DNA of 62,485 nucleotides, filler included, from Bonamia ostreae (Eukaryota): NCBI GenBank assembly GCA_040357525.1. It is 35 parts of 35 records of this genome, joined end to end, with 100 filler letters (N's around TTAATTAATTAA, not from the genome) between each part and the next. Parts side by side here need not be neighbours in the genome. Positions count along the whole stretch, not along the records: positions 59,040 to 60,712 come from JBDODL010001460.1; positions 60,813 to 62,485 come from JBDODL010001461.1; 33 more parts are not named here. One strand, 5' to 3'. Shown piece by piece: positions 60,350 to 62,485 of this stretch (position 1 is its first letter; each line of letters starts with the position of its first letter). The notes under the pieces were generated by a model. It saw only the letters and a program-made list of their open reading frames with translations, ran no database searches and was not told where the DNA came from. The position numbers and the translations under genes were made by a program.

Positions 60350-62485
60350 CTTTAGAATTTAAACGAACAAAACTTTTGATGCATATCAACTCAAAGGGAT
60401 TTTAATGTTTTCCATGAACAAGGTACAGAAAGACGTGCCAATTACATATGTAAATTTCATTTAATCTAAATTTGATACATGTATTTAAAGAAAACATTAT
60501 ATTACTGGTGCACCAATGGACTCGTTCAATCGCATTTTTGAAATTGTTCTGCAATTGTGTTATTTGTAAATCATATTCACATCATTGAGATTAAAAGTCA
60601 TAGTGCATTTCCTCACAAAATTTGGAAAGTTGCAGAACAAGAATCGAAGGAAAATGAAATATATCCATCTCTTTGGTCAGTTGTGTACAGCCTATAAACA
60701 TATCAATTAATANNNNNNNNNNNNNNNNNNNNNNNNNNNNNNNNNNNNNNNNNNNNTTAATTAATTAANNNNNNNNNNNNNNNNNNNNNNNNNNNNNNNN
60801 NNNNNNNNNNNNGGGCCCAGTTGTTGTTCCAGCTGGCAGTTCTGGATTATTTTCTGATTAAACCTATTCTTTTATCAGATTTTGAAATTAACATTTAAAT
60901 TATGATTTTGTTAAAATTTTTAATAAGCGGTAAAAAATATAACTGTTTTTTTTTCTGAAAGAACAATTTTACGCTTTATTCAAACCCATTTTGAACATAA
61001 AATGATTGAGGCTAAGGCAGCCACATTAAATTTATAGATAAATGTTTATCTTTTTATCTGGAATAAATAAATACGTTATCAGCGAAAGCCTTTATGTTGA
61101 CACCTTCGTTTAAAGGTTCTAAAACAGAGTTTACTTAGATGTTAAATAACAAAGAAGGCAGAGGACTTCATGTTTTAAAATTATTTGTTTACAAAGAATT
61201 TTTACGTATAAAATAATACCATAAGATTGTTCAAAACAGTATGATAATGCCATACATAAAAATTATGTCTGGAATTAAAATCTCCGCAAATCATACTGTG
61301 ATATCAAAACCAACATCCCACAGTAATTCAGTGCACAAAGAACAAAAAGTTATAACAATGTTGTAATTTTTAATTTAACAATCTTTTAAGAACATGAAGT
61401 TTTCGGACGTCTTTTTCTGAAACTCGTGCAGTTTTTACCGCTATTTCCATTTGAGCTTCTCCAAGTTCGGCTCTTGTGTGCCTCTTTTGATTGTTCTAGT
61501 GCAATTTTTAGCCTGTTTTTCAGTTTCAATAGCCCCGATTTTTGCCTTTTAGGCTTTTTCTGTAGCCTCATTTGCATTTTTCCTTTAGTAAAGCATCCGT
61601 TTTTGCATTTTCAGCCATTTCATTCATTTTCATCTCCTTGTAACTTTAGATTTTGTTAAAAATTTAATAACTGTCTCTACATAATCTTTCCATTTCCGTT
61701 TGTTTTTAAAGTATTTAAAAATTAAAAATCAAGTATTATTATTTGTTTTCGATCCTATTATTGAATATAATATACTATTTCAAATTTATTCTTTGACGTT
61801 TGCCTTAATTCAATTATTGTTTTTGTTTCTTTTATTTGTTCTAAAAATCTGTGCGCGTCAAATTATCCCAAAGAATTACCCTTATCTCCCTTGTCTTCAT
61901 CAAGCTAGACATTTTTTAAACATTAAAAAGAACTTTTGCTATACAACCACATTTTTTCTGCTAATGAGTTAAACTCTTTCAGATCAACCTCAATGTTTAA
62001 TCAACCAACTTGATTTAAATGTATAAAATGATTGGAAGTACGAACTAGATTTAGATTGTTATTTTCCATTTGAAAAGTTTGTTTTCTTTGTGTTGATGAA
62101 TTTAACAATTTATTATAAAATTTGTAAAAAATTTTTAATAGACTTTGTGCGAGATTCATATAACGGTTTACTCTCCTAAAAACCTTTTACTGTGGTTACC
62201 GTTAATTGTGGACATTATTCGCGAACAATTTTTTCGTTTTATTAATTTTTTCTCAGATTTGGAATAGTGATCCCCAAACCTCTATTCCAAATCGCTTTTG
62301 TGTTTTATTAATATTTTATTTTCAAAACACACTAAAAGCGTCCTTTAAGATGTATAAATAAAAGAATGTCATGGATTTCGTCAACTTTTGCCAAAAGCTT
62401 ATATTTATTTATATCATTATTTCACGTTTTTAAGTTTATCTAATCATCTCTGCCCCTTCGTTTTCAATCAAGGCAGGTGGAACTC

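Noticed and set aside
1703-60812. Regularly spaced TTAATTAATTAA as a CRISPR-like or biological repeat array
   Set aside because: Always embedded in fixed N runs between length-sorted contigs, so it is an assembly spacer. ORFs containing X runs are artefacts.

Overview
This is not one locus. It is an artificial concatenation of 35 unrelated contigs of about 1.7 kb, sorted by decreasing length and joined by 34 identical 100-nt spacers (N44-TTAATTAATTAA-N44), so adjacency across spacers means nothing. The DNA is eukaryotic and comes from at least two genomes. (1) About two thirds of the contigs are gene-dense, AT-rich protist DNA whose genes are split by ultra-short 18-30 nt GT-AG introns, mostly with GTT donors and A-rich acceptors. 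They encode EXO1, PPIL4, UMP-CMP kinase, two copines, an AROM-type DHQase/shikimate dehydrogenase, FAM135, prefoldin 5, PRP40, a PZP/PHD protein, MTFMT, Lines, TPT1, MFAP1, FAM76, a LAMMER kinase, an ENT transporter, an Mx-like dynamin, mitochondrial PheRS, SKI2, CCA-adding enzyme, GMD and Der/EngA, plus a clear tRNA-Sec. (2) The rest is gene-poor animal-like DNA with canonical GTAAGT/GTATGC donors, a Gypsy relic, a repeat I recall from oyster genomes, USP exons and an intronless T5orf172/GIY-YIG-like ORF. My inference, not verified, is an ascetosporean/haplosporidian parasite (Bonamia-like) sequenced with its bivalve host. The supplied ORF track is misleading because tiny introns switch frames, so several genes here were rebuilt by hand splicing. 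The most interesting signals are the divergent tiny-intron splicing code, a parasite-side tandem DM9 lectin-like domain missed by the ORF track, a domesticated-looking T5orf172 nuclease gene, tRNA-Sec, a GC-rich island inside an MTFMT intron, an SMP-1/DUF1935-like dual-acylated protein, and two dispersed repeats at contig ends.
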